64,000 nucleotides of DNA from Candidatus Binatia bacterium (lineage in GTDB: Bacteria > Desulfobacterota > Binatia > UBA9968 > JAJDTQ01): NCBI GenBank assembly GCA_963666515.2, contig OY762897.2, positions 736,001-800,000 on the forward strand, given 5' to 3'. The notes under the pieces were generated by a model. The model was not told the DNA's origin. It saw only the letters and a list, made by a program, of their open reading frames with translations, and did not search any database. The translations under genes were made by a program, and so were the position numbers. This document shows, piece after piece, positions 22,305 through 31,041 of this stretch (within the stretch, counting starts at the first letter, position 1; each line of letters opens with the position of its first letter).

Positions 22305-23545
22305 GCGACCGCTCCGGCCGCAAGGGTCTCTTCCATCCTCGGGTAGGCATTGGCGAAGACCCGCGCGGAGTCTTCCCTCAGCGCCGGCGCCACCTCGGTG
22401 GCGAACAGGCGCTGGCTCTTGAGCGCCAACTCACCCGGCATGTTGCCGAGATGGAACTGGATCAGCAGGTTCCCCACCTGGGACTTCTCGATGAGGTCCA
22501 GGATCTTCCGGTGCACGGTCTCGGGGCTCCCGACGACGATGGACTGGGCCTTGTCCAGCTCGTCCCAGTCGTTGACGTCCCCCAGCATGGAGCGGTTCGG
22601 GTCGGAATGCTTCAGGAATTCCTTCCACGCCGGGGCCGGGATGTAGGGCACGCCGGCGCCGAAGGTGAGCTGGCGCCCTTCCTTTCGCAGATGCCCCTTG
22701 AGGCAGTTGCGCAGGAAGTACCAGACTCCCTCTTCGCATTCCTCCCTGGCCTGGGCGTCGGTTTCGCTCACGTAGGCCGACATCAGGATGCCCATGCGGT
22801 ACGGCTGGTAGCTGTCGCCGTGCTCCTCCAGCACCTTGGAGAACTGCTCGCGGGCCTTGTAGGTCTCGCCGCCGTGGCTCCGGGACGAAAGGAAATAGCA
22901 GTAGCCGCGCTTGGCCACCTCGGTGAGGGTCGATGCGCTCCGGGAGCCCGGCACCCAGATGGGCGGATGGGGCTTCTGGGTGGGCTTGGGCCAGGGATTG
23001 ACGTAGCGCAGCGGATAGTAGTGGCCCTCGTGGTTGAACGGGCCGTCGTCGGTCCAGGCGCGCACCACCAGGTCCACGGCCTCCCAGAAGCGTTCCCGGG
23101 AGGTCACCGACGGGATGTCGTAGTTGTAGTTCTCGGGGCCGCCGCCGGGCGCGAATCCCGCGATGATGCGCCCGTTGCTCATGTTGTCGAGCATGGCGTA
23201 CTCTTCCGCCACCCGGAGCGGGTTGATGTGGAGCGGCAGCAGGTTGCCCAGGACGCAGATCTTCGCCTTGCTGGAGCGCTGGGTCAGCGCCGCGGCGATG
23301 AGGTTCGGCGACGGCATCAGCCCGTAGATGTTCTGGTGGTGCTCGTTCAGCACCAGGCCGTCGAAGCCCAACTCGTCGGCGTAGGCGAGCTGGTCGATGT
23401 ACTCCTGGAACAGGCCGCGGGACTTCTCCGAGTCCCACAGGCTGTTGGGGACCGTCACCCAGCCGGTATCGTACTTCTCGTCGAAGTCCTCGGGCAGGTG
23501 GGGATAGGCCATGAAATGCCAACAGAAGAGCTGTACCGGATGCAT
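22301..23545 (-). CDS. LLM class flavin-dependent oxidoreductase (luciferase-like)
   Basis: ADELGFD, NEHH, MPSPN, RVAEEYAMLD, PKPTQKPHPPIW, VGSPETV. Confidence 0.93.
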   Translation of the reverse strand: MHPVQLFCWHFMAYPHLPEDFDEKYDTGWVTVPNSLWDSEKSRGLFQEYIDQLAYADELGFDGLVLNEHHQNIYGLMPSPNLIAAALTQRSSKAKICVLGNLLPLHINPLRVAEEYAMLDNMSNGRIIAGFAPGGGPENYNYDIPSVTSRERFWEAVDLVVRAWTDDGPFNHEGHYYPLRYVNPWPKPTQKPHPPIWVPGSRSASTLTEVAKRGYCYFLSSRSHGGETYKAREQFSKVLEEHGDSYQPYRMGILMSAYVSETDAQAREECEEGVWYFLRNCLKGHLRKEGRQLTFGAGVPYIPAPAWKEFLKHSDPNRSMLGDVNDWDELDKAQSIVVGSPETVHRKILDLIEKSQVGNLLIQFHLGNMPGELALKSQRLFATEVAPALREDSARVFANAYPRMEETLAAGAVA

Positions 23546-23612
23546 GTTCCCTCCCAACGTGATGCGGCTACGACGCGGAAAACCCTCTAGCCCATGGTGT
23601 AGGGGCCGTCAA

Positions 23613-24206
23613 TCAGGTGAAGCTCCTGGCCCGGGCTTTCCGTCTCAGACGGACTCGCGTCCAGCCCATCAACCAGCCGATGAGCAGGACTCCCGCGCCG
23701 GCGACGAACCACCACAGCCGCATGTCGCGCTGGAGGTTGCTGCTTTCCTGCCGGAGACGCCGGAGCAGGCGTTTGTCGTTCACGGTTTCCTTGCTCAGCT
23801 TGTCGTTGTCGGCCGCGAGCTGCAGGTTCTCGCCGCGAAGCTGTTCCAGCTCCGCCGCCTGGGCTTCGACCTTGGCGGTCAACTCTTCGACGCGCCGCTG
23901 GGGCGGCGCCTCGGTGGTCAGAAAGTTCTTGAGCACGTAGCCCCGGCGCCCGTCCGGGAGCGATACGAGACTGTATTCGCCTTCCTCTCCCTCGACCTCC
24001 ATCTCGTTCCCGGTCTGCAAGGCGGCGATGATCCTGTGCGCGACGCTCGGTCCCGAACGCAGCATGATCTCGCGATGGCCGCTGACGTAGACCGTCTGCG
24101 CATGGGAGAGCGGGCCGGACAAGAGCATCACCAAGCCGAGGAGCCATGCCGGACGGAGCGCGCCTCGGATCCGGTTCAACCTGTTACGTGGGTGGTTCAT
24201 GGGCAT
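23613..24206 (-). CDS. SH3-domain membrane protein (TIGR04211/YgiM-like)
   Basis: Signal peptide, LRSGPS..HRII, coiled coil, WFVAGAGVLLIG TM, basic tail. Confidence 0.88.
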   Translation of the reverse strand: MPMNHPRNRLNRIRGALRPAWLLGLVMLLSGPLSHAQTVYVSGHREIMLRSGPSVAHRIIAALQTGNEMEVEGEEGEYSLVSLPDGRRGYVLKNFLTTEAPPQRRVEELTAKVEAQAAELEQLRGENLQLAADNDKLSKETVNDKRLLRRLRQESSNLQRDMRLWWFVAGAGVLLIGWLMGWTRVRLRRKARARSFT

Positions 24207-24237
24207 GCGGGCGGTTCGAGGCGGTCGAGACCCGTTG

Positions 24238-25116
24238 CTACGAGGGGGCGTCCGCCGGTAAACCCATCTGCGACAACACGGTGCACGCCATCAGGCTGCC
24301 CCTCTCACCCAGTTGGCCGGAAACGGAGAAGTGGTGCGTTCCCGGCACCTCCAGGTAGGAGCAGTCCAGGCCCCGCTCCCGGCACAGGGCGAAGAAGTCC
24401 CTGGACATGCCGATCCACCCGCGCGTCTCCGCTCCGCCTACGGCCACCACGAACGGAGTCCGATCCAGGGGCGGATGGAGCATGGCGCTGATTTCCCGGG
24501 CGGTGTCGGGGGTCAGGCGGATGTCCTCGTTGGACGAGACGTAGAAGACGGGGTCCGGGTCGTACACGCCCGTGATCGCCACCGCGCCCTTGATGAGGTC
24601 CGCGGGCAGGCCGTCGTCCTCCCAGCGGTGGCTCAAGGCCCTGGCGGTCAGGTGGCCGCCGGCCGAGGACCCGGACAGGTAAAGCCGCTCCGGGTCGCCG
24701 CCGTACTCCGCGATGTGGCGGTAGACCCACGCGATGCCTTCCCGGGTCTCGCGCATGATGTCGGGCACCGTGACCTGCGGGCAGAGGTCGTATTCCAACA
24801 GCACCATGGTGGCCCCTGCCTCCACGAACGGCTCGGAGATGAAGCTGTAGGCGTCCTTGCTGCCGCCGCGCCAGTAGCCGCCGTGGATGTACACCTGCAC
24901 CGGCGCGCCGGGCTGCGCGGCCGGGAAGATGTCCAGCAGCATCTGGGGCCCGTCGCCGTAGCGCACGTCGCGGAAGTGCTTCAGCTTCGCGCGGGTGGCT
25001 TCGCTGGCCTTTTCCCGCTCCACCGCCAACTGCGGATACTCGGTGACGGTGGTGCGGGGATTGAACTGGTACTCCATCTCCTCCCGCTTGAAGTCCTTGT
25101 AGACCGTCTCCGCCAT
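24238..25116 (-). CDS. Arylformamidase/kynurenine formamidase-like alpha/beta hydrolase
   Basis: LDIF, YIHGGYW, YDLCP, GSSAGGHL, HHFS. Confidence 0.88.
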   Translation of the reverse strand: MAETVYKDFKREEMEYQFNPRTTVTEYPQLAVEREKASEATRAKLKHFRDVRYGDGPQMLLDIFPAAQPGAPVQVYIHGGYWRGGSKDAYSFISEPFVEAGATMVLLEYDLCPQVTVPDIMRETREGIAWVYRHIAEYGGDPERLYLSGSSAGGHLTARALSHRWEDDGLPADLIKGAVAITGVYDPDPVFYVSSNEDIRLTPDTAREISAMLHPPLDRTPFVVAVGGAETRGWIGMSRDFFALCRERGLDCSYLEVPGTHHFSVSGQLGERGSLMACTVLSQMGLPADAPS

Positions 25117-25265
25117 GAGAACTCCTCCTTGACAGCGCGCCCGCCTTCACTCCCAGAGCCATTTGTGTATCAGATACGATCACGTGAAGCGAGAAGATTT
25201 CCGCGCGCGGAGCGCCGGACCGTATCCCTTGCCACCGGATGGAACATGCCGTAAGGAAGGGCGGC

Positions 25266-26624
25266 ATGGATATGTCGAGTTACGCAGAACGTCGCCGGGC
25301 GTTCGTGAACGGCATGGGCGAGGGAGTGGCCATCATCGCGGCCGCACCCCAGTCCACCCGGTCCAACGACGTGGAGTACCGGTACCGGCAGGACAACGAT
25401 CTGCTCTATCTTACCGGGTTCCCCGAGCCCAACTGCCTCTGCGTCCTGTCACCGCAGCACGAGCGGGAGCGGTTCATCCTGTTCGTGCAGCCGCGGGACC
25501 GGGAGAAGGAGACCTGGACCGGAAAGCGGTACGGCGTCGAAGGGGCGCAGGACGTGTTCGGCGCAGACGCCGCCTATACCATCGACCAGGTGGGGGAGGT
25601 CCTGCCCGCGCATCTGGCGCAGACGGACAACGTCTACTTCGCGCCCGGCCGGGACGAGGGCGTGAACACGCTGATCCGGGGGCTCATCGACCGCAGCCGG
25701 TCGGGGCGCGCCCGGACGGGCCGGGGTGTGGTGTCCCTGGTGGACCCGGGGGCGATCCTGCACGAAATGCGCCTCTGCAAGTCGGCCGGGGAGCTGGACC
25801 TCATGCGCAAGGCCGTGGCCGCGTCCGCGCGGGCGCACGCGGCGGCCATGAGAGAGGCGCGGGCCGGGACCTTCGAATACGAGCTGGAGGCGCTGCTGGA
25901 GTACCACTTCCGCTCCGCCGGCGGATCGGGTCCGGCCTACCCCTCCATCGTCGCCTCCGGCGCCAACGCGACGATCCTCCACTACACGCAGAACGACCGC
26001 CGCATGGGCGAAGGCGACCTGGTGCTCATCGACGCGGGCGCGGAGTTCGACGGGTACTGCTCGGACGTGACCCGCACCTTTCCGGTGGGCAAGGGCTATT
26101 CGCCGTCCCAGCGGCGAATCTACGAGATCGTGCTGCGGGCGCAGGAGGAAGGCATCGCCACGGTGCGTCCGGGGGCGTCCATGGAGGACATCCACCGGCG
26201 CGCCACCGAAGTGCTGGTGGAGGGCTTGCTCGATATCGGTCTTCTGTCCGGGGAGGCCGGCGAGCTTGTCGAGAAGGGGGAGCACACCCGCTTCTACATG
26301 CACCGCACCGGCCACTGGCTCGGGCTGGACGTGCACGACGTGGGCCGCTACCGGGTGGACGGCGCGGCGCGTCCGCTGGAGCCCGGAATGGTCCTCACCG
26401 TGGAGCCCGGCCTCTACGTGGCCGAGGATCTGGAGGAGGTTAGCGACGACTACCGCGGCATCGGCGTCCGCATCGAGGACGACGTGCTGGTGACCGAGGC
26501 CGGGCACGAGGTCCTGTCGGCCGCCATCCCCAAGGAAGTCGACGAGATCGAGGCCATCCGGAGGGAGGCGCTCGCTCGGTCGGCGCTCACTCGCAGCCGA
26601 GGCAGCGGATGGTCTCGAAGATGA
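25266..26624 (+). CDS. pepP: Xaa-Pro aminopeptidase P
   Basis: YRQD..LYLTGF.EP, ILHY, LIDAG, SDVTRTFP, HWLGLDVHD, TVEPGLY, GVRIEDD. Confidence 0.95.
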   Translation: MDMSSYAERRRAFVNGMGEGVAIIAAAPQSTRSNDVEYRYRQDNDLLYLTGFPEPNCLCVLSPQHERERFILFVQPRDREKETWTGKRYGVEGAQDVFGADAAYTIDQVGEVLPAHLAQTDNVYFAPGRDEGVNTLIRGLIDRSRSGRARTGRGVVSLVDPGAILHEMRLCKSAGELDLMRKAVAASARAHAAAMREARAGTFEYELEALLEYHFRSAGGSGPAYPSIVASGANATILHYTQNDRRMGEGDLVLIDAGAEFDGYCSDVTRTFPVGKGYSPSQRRIYEIVLRAQEEGIATVRPGASMEDIHRRATEVLVEGLLDIGLLSGEAGELVEKGEHTRFYMHRTGHWLGLDVHDVGRYRVDGAARPLEPGMVLTVEPGLYVAEDLEEVSDDYRGIGVRIEDDVLVTEAGHEVLSAAIPKEVDEIEAIRREALARSALTRSRGSGWSRR

Positions 26625-26772
26625 CCGTCTCGTCGCCCGCGGTCCGCGCGTGGTCCAGCACCACGCGAAGGGCCTTCGACGGGTCGGGGAGCCCGTACTT
26701 CTCGGCCATGGCATCCAGCCATTCCTGCTGTACCCGCTCTATCTCCAGGCTCGCGTTGATCTTGTCCTTCAT
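26587..26772 (-). CDS. Small hypothetical protein (RHH-like, C-terminal RCxxC)
   Basis: AAGGAG RBS, coding-like codon bias; WLDAMAEKYGLPDPSKALRVVLD...IRCLGCE. Confidence 0.7.
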   Translation of the reverse strand: MKDKINASLEIERVQQEWLDAMAEKYGLPDPSKALRVVLDHARTAGDETVIFETIRCLGCE

Positions 26773-26837
26773 TCGATGCTCCTTTCCGAATCGGTGAGAT
26801 CGGCCTCGTGGGAGGGCCGGGGTTCAACCGCGGGGCG

Positions 26838-29090
26838 TCACCTGTCCGCCCAGCGGCCGAGTTCTTCCAACAGGGTCATTCCGGTCTCGTCACGCCAGTC
26901 GCGGCAAAGACCGGCCAGGGAACGCTTGAGGGCGGGCAGGGGATCGGCCGCCGGCGTCATGAATCCGGCTTCCGCGCGAAGCCAGCCCAGCAGGTCGTCC
27001 AGACCGGCGAACCTTCCGCTGCCCATGGCCTCCCGCAGTCGCGGCACCGTCTCGCCGGCGAAACGCTGCTTGTTCTCCAGGTCGATGATGTCCGGGAGCA
27101 GCAGCGCGGCCTCGTCCAGCGACACGCCGATGCACGACAGCAGTTCATTGTAGAGGGACCGCGCCATCCGGTCGGCCTTGCCTCTCACCTGTTCAAGCAG
27201 TCCGGTTCCGGCGGCGTCAAGGGGTTCTCCGTCCGGGAGGAGCTGACAGTACAGCTTGAGCTTGGGCTCGGTGCCCGACGGCCGGACGGTGATGATGAAG
27301 TGGTCGGTATGGGCCTGGAGCACGTTCCGCGGCAGCCGGTCGGTGTCGCCGGCGATGGGGCCGAAGCGCTCCGGGTCCCAGTAGTCGACGAAACCCCGCA
27401 CCGGCTGTCCGGCCAGCTCCCGGGGAGGCGCTTCCCTGAGGCTGGCCATGATCCGGTCCTTCTTGCGCGTCCCCTCGGCGCCCGCCAGGGCGATGCTGCG
27501 GTTGACGTTGTCGTAGCTTCCCAGCTCCCGGAGCATGTCGACGTAGTAGTCCAGCAGGGTCCGGTCCTCGTCCAGCAGCCGCTGGTAGAGGCCTGCCAGG
27601 ACCATGCAGGCCGGGGTCGCGTCCTTGTCCCGGATGCCGGGTGCCATGACCACCCCGTGGCTCTCCTCCGCGGCGAGCACCAGGTCTTGCGGTGAGCAGG
27701 CGACGTCCCGGTAGCGGCCGGTGCGATCCAGGGTCTTGAGTACGTCCGCCACGTACTTGAACCCCACCAAGAGGTCGTCGATGAGCCACGAGTCGCCCGC
27801 TTCGGCCACGATCCGTCCGAGCAGGCGGGTGGTCACCAGTGTCTCCATCACCAGGCCCCGTCGGCGCGGGCCTTGGGGGTCGAGCATGAGATGGTGGCAG
27901 AGGATGGCGGCGATCTGGTTGCCGTCGAAGTGGTACCAGGAGCCGTCCGCCAGGCGCGCCTCCATGCCGATGCGGTCGGCGTCGGGGTCGCTGGAGAGGA
28001 CAATGCCGACGCCGTGCGTGTCGGCAAACTCCCGCGCCGGCTCGGTGGCGTGGGGCACTTCCGGGTTGGGCGCCTTGAAGGGAATGGCCGCGAAGCTGCC
28101 GTCCAGGCCCTGGTCAGGAGGGATCAGCAACGGGAAGCCGAGACGCTCCAGCACCGGCTTCACCGTGTTCACGCCGCAACCGCACAGCGGCGTGTACACC
28201 ACCGGCGCTTCGGGATCGGGCGGGCGGAGGTTCCCGTAGAGCCGGACATAGGTGTCCACGTACGCCGCCGGGAGGTCCGCGGGCAGCGGGCGGATCATTC
28301 CCGACCGAAGGCCCTCCTCGAAAGGGACGGTGCGCACGTCCGTGGCATTCTCCATGGCGTCCACCAGCCGCTGGTCCTCGGGGGCGATGGGCTGGCTGCC
28401 ATAGGCGTCGTAGACCTTGATGCCGTTGTCGTCCGGCGGGTTATGGGAGGCCGACACGTTGACGCCGCCCGCGGCGTCAAGCTGGACGATGAAGCACGAC
28501 AGCTCCGGCGTGCTGGTCACCGCGCCGTCGTCCTCGGGCTCGGCCAGGTAGGAGACGATGCCGTTGGCGGCGTAGATCTCGCACGCCAGCCGGGCCAGCG
28601 ACCGCGACGAAAGCCCCAGCAGGGGGTGCCCCGGACCCAGGAACCCGTACACGCCGGCATTGTCGGTGAACACCCGCACGTCGTTGGCCACAACCACGCT
28701 CAGCGGTTGTCCGGGCGAGTGGTCCTCGGCCTTGTCATGGAGGCTCCCGGCGGGACTGTCTTCATGACGGATATTTTCGGGGAAGCTTGCCTTCAGGTAG
28801 TTCGAATGTCCCTGGGCGGTCATGGCCACCGTCGAAGGATTCATCCGGTTGGGGCCGTAGCCCATGGGGCCGCGCCGGCCTCCGGTGCCGAAGGGCAGCA
28901 CCTGACGGAACGAGTCGAACACCAGCGCCAGACGCGCGTCTTCGAGGTGCCGGGCGATGATCTCCGGCTCCGCGTACGGAATCTCCCCGCTCATCCAGCG
29001 GCGCAGGCGCGCCGCGGCCTCCTTTCCGGCCGGGCCGTAGCGCTTCTCCAGCAGCGCCGACGTCCGTTCCAGTCGCGCGGGGCCGGTCAT
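26838..29090 (-). CDS. Phosphoglucomutase/phosphomannomutase family with C-terminal extension
   Basis: FGTGGRRG, SASHNPP, DPDADR, GFKY, EESHG, RPSGTEPKLK. Confidence 0.93.
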   Translation of the reverse strand: MTGPARLERTSALLEKRYGPAGKEAAARLRRWMSGEIPYAEPEIIARHLEDARLALVFDSFRQVLPFGTGGRRGPMGYGPNRMNPSTVAMTAQGHSNYLKASFPENIRHEDSPAGSLHDKAEDHSPGQPLSVVVANDVRVFTDNAGVYGFLGPGHPLLGLSSRSLARLACEIYAANGIVSYLAEPEDDGAVTSTPELSCFIVQLDAAGGVNVSASHNPPDDNGIKVYDAYGSQPIAPEDQRLVDAMENATDVRTVPFEEGLRSGMIRPLPADLPAAYVDTYVRLYGNLRPPDPEAPVVYTPLCGCGVNTVKPVLERLGFPLLIPPDQGLDGSFAAIPFKAPNPEVPHATEPAREFADTHGVGIVLSSDPDADRIGMEARLADGSWYHFDGNQIAAILCHHLMLDPQGPRRRGLVMETLVTTRLLGRIVAEAGDSWLIDDLLVGFKYVADVLKTLDRTGRYRDVACSPQDLVLAAEESHGVVMAPGIRDKDATPACMVLAGLYQRLLDEDRTLLDYYVDMLRELGSYDNVNRSIALAGAEGTRKKDRIMASLREAPPRELAGQPVRGFVDYWDPERFGPIAGDTDRLPRNVLQAHTDHFIITVRPSGTEPKLKLYCQLLPDGEPLDAAGTGLLEQVRGKADRMARSLYNELLSCIGVSLDEAALLLPDIIDLENKQRFAGETVPRLREAMGSGRFAGLDDLLGWLRAEAGFMTPAADPLPALKRSLAGLCRDWRDETGMTLLEELGRWADR

Positions 29091-29126
29091 CGCTTGGACA
29101 TTCCCATGGGTCCGAGTTGCAGGCGC

Positions 29127-29156
29127 AAAAAAGGCGGCCCCGGAAGGCCGCCTTTT
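29127..29156 (-). terminator. Intrinsic terminator after UbiD gene (likely bidirectional)
   Basis: AAAAAA-GGCGGCC-CCGGAA-GGCCGCC-TTTT. Confidence 0.8.
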
Positions 29157-29171
29157 CGTTCTCGGCGAGTG

Positions 29172-30746
29172 CTACCGTCCCGTGCGGGCCAGCGAGTGCA
29201 CCCAGCCGTGCATGCGGGACCTCGCGTTGGCGATGTCGTTGTCGCTGAAGAAGTTCTTGAGGTCCACCTTCTCCACCGCGTAGACCGGGCGCAGGAAGTC
29301 GCTCTCGTAGCCGAACGGCACGGTGGCGTCGATGCCCATGCCGCCTTCGAACACGGTGTTGGAGGCGGTCCACTGCCGGTCGCCGGCGGTCATGCGCTCG
29401 GCCGGCATGAAGGTCTGGCCGCGCCCGCCCGGGATCGGGTTCAGGATGTCGGTCTTGGGGTTCACCCGGGTGGTGAGGCACCACATGATGTCGTCCATGT
29501 CGTAGATGTCGGTGTCCTCGCTGGCGGCCACCACCAGGCGGGAGCCCTGGGAGGTGGACAGGATGGCCGACATGAAGTTCCGCTGCCAGCCTTCCTCGAT
29601 GCGGTTGCGCTTCTTCACCTGGATGATGGCGCCGCCCCAGTCGGTCATGCAGTAGGGGATGTTGACGTCCTGGATGATGCCGGGCTGCATGCGCTCGCAC
29701 AGGAGGTACATGCAGGCCTCGCGCACGGTGGTGTCGATGTTGTGGTCGTCCAGGGTGTGGACGCCCAGCGGGAATATGATGGGCTTGCCCTCGCGCTTGC
29801 GCGTGGTCACCGCGGTGACGTGGAAGGTGGGCGCCTTGTAGGCCTTGCCCATGTAGCCGGCCCATTCCGGGTGGAAGTGGAAGCGGCCCTGGATGTCGGC
29901 TTCCTCCGATTCCGCGGTCTCGTAGCGGCGGTCGCGCGGGTTGACGTAGCCTTCCAGCACCACCTCGCAGTCGGCCAGCGCCAGCGCGTCCACGGTCTTG
30001 GCCTTGACCACCCGCACCGGCGAGCCCTGCACCGCGCCGGCCACGCCCAGCTCGTCGCAGCCCTGTGGCAGCACCACGTAATCGAAGCCGGCTCCCGCCA
30101 GGAGCGTGCAGGAAGGCGGCACCCCGAAGCACATGGTGATGGGGACGGGCTTGTCGGCCTGGTAGTACTTGGACACCACCTGCCACATGTGCGATCCCGG
30201 CGAGATCTGGAAGGTGGCGACGTTGCCCCAGCGGAAGTTCATGCGGTTGTAGCCCAGGTCGGTGCCGCCGTCGAAGTGCTCGCCGGAGATGAGCCGGTTG
30301 CCCGATCCCACGGTAAGTTCCGGCTCGTACTCGGTGTGGCGGATGGGCAGCATGTACTCGTTGACGTCCTTGGGGTCCTTGATGATCTCCTCGTGGACCG
30401 GCGCCTCCTCGGAGCTTACTTCCACGGGCGGGATCTGGTTCTTGATGGCGTCGGCGAGCTTGCGGGTGCGGTCGGTGTGGCTCTCCCAGCCGAACATCTT
30501 GTTGATGACGCCCATGTCGCCGAACAGGTTGGTGACCGCGCGGTGGTAGGGCTTGTCCTTGACGTTGTTGAACAGGATCGGACAGCCGCCGTCCAGGTTC
30601 TTCTGGATCGCGGTGATCTCCAGGTCGGGATCGACCTCCTTGTCGGTCTCGATCAGGTCGCCCTCGGCCTTGAGCCACTCCAGCGCGTTGCGAAGGTCGT
30701 GGATATCTTCCGCCGCGGCGCCGAGTTTCTTTGCTGCTTTTGCCAT
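29172..30746 (-). CDS. phtDa: UbiD-family prFMN decarboxylase, phthaloyl-CoA decarboxylase-like
   Basis: GYNRMNFRWGNV.TFQISPGSHMWQV, QGRFHFHPEWAGYMGKAYKAPTFHV, GQTFMPAERM and C-terminal SLARTGR match my recollection of phthaloyl-CoA decarboxylase of denitrifying betaproteobacteria; needs BLAST confirmation. Confidence 0.8.
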   Translation of the reverse strand: MAKAAKKLGAAAEDIHDLRNALEWLKAEGDLIETDKEVDPDLEITAIQKNLDGGCPILFNNVKDKPYHRAVTNLFGDMGVINKMFGWESHTDRTRKLADAIKNQIPPVEVSSEEAPVHEEIIKDPKDVNEYMLPIRHTEYEPELTVGSGNRLISGEHFDGGTDLGYNRMNFRWGNVATFQISPGSHMWQVVSKYYQADKPVPITMCFGVPPSCTLLAGAGFDYVVLPQGCDELGVAGAVQGSPVRVVKAKTVDALALADCEVVLEGYVNPRDRRYETAESEEADIQGRFHFHPEWAGYMGKAYKAPTFHVTAVTTRKREGKPIIFPLGVHTLDDHNIDTTVREACMYLLCERMQPGIIQDVNIPYCMTDWGGAIIQVKKRNRIEEGWQRNFMSAILSTSQGSRLVVAASEDTDIYDMDDIMWCLTTRVNPKTDILNPIPGGRGQTFMPAERMTAGDRQWTASNTVFEGGMGIDATVPFGYESDFLRPVYAVEKVDLKNFFSDNDIANARSRMHGWVHSLARTGR

Positions 30747-30849
30747 TTACAACTCCTCTTGTGTGATTTGCGTTTGATGGGATGCGTGCGTCAGATGCGA
30801 TACAGCCGGCAGGATAAGCCATGAAGCGTCCCCGTGGGGACATCACTCC

Positions 30850-30924
30850 CCGTCATTCCGGCGAAAGCCGGAATCCAGAACGTCCAAAATGGCCTCTGGA
30901 TTCCGGCTTTCGCCGGAATGACGG
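30850..30924. repeat. Double-hairpin palindromic intergenic repeat (REP/RPE-like)
   Basis: CCGTCATTCCGGCGAAAGCCGGAATCCAGA...TCTGGATTCCGGCTTTCGCCGGAATGACGG, perfect inverted arms. Confidence 0.9.
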
Positions 30925-31041
30925 AATCCGCGAACAGCGATAGTTCCCACTTTAGTTAACGAATGGGGCCGTTGCTGTCAACTGAGTCGCGTTGTTTCAC
31001 CGTGTCCCGGCCCGATCGGCGGCCGGGAGCGCTTTGCCCTC

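Noticed and set aside
30850-30924. CRISPR-like repeat
   Set aside because: Copies are inverted or dispersed, with no regular repeat-spacer array and no cas genes.
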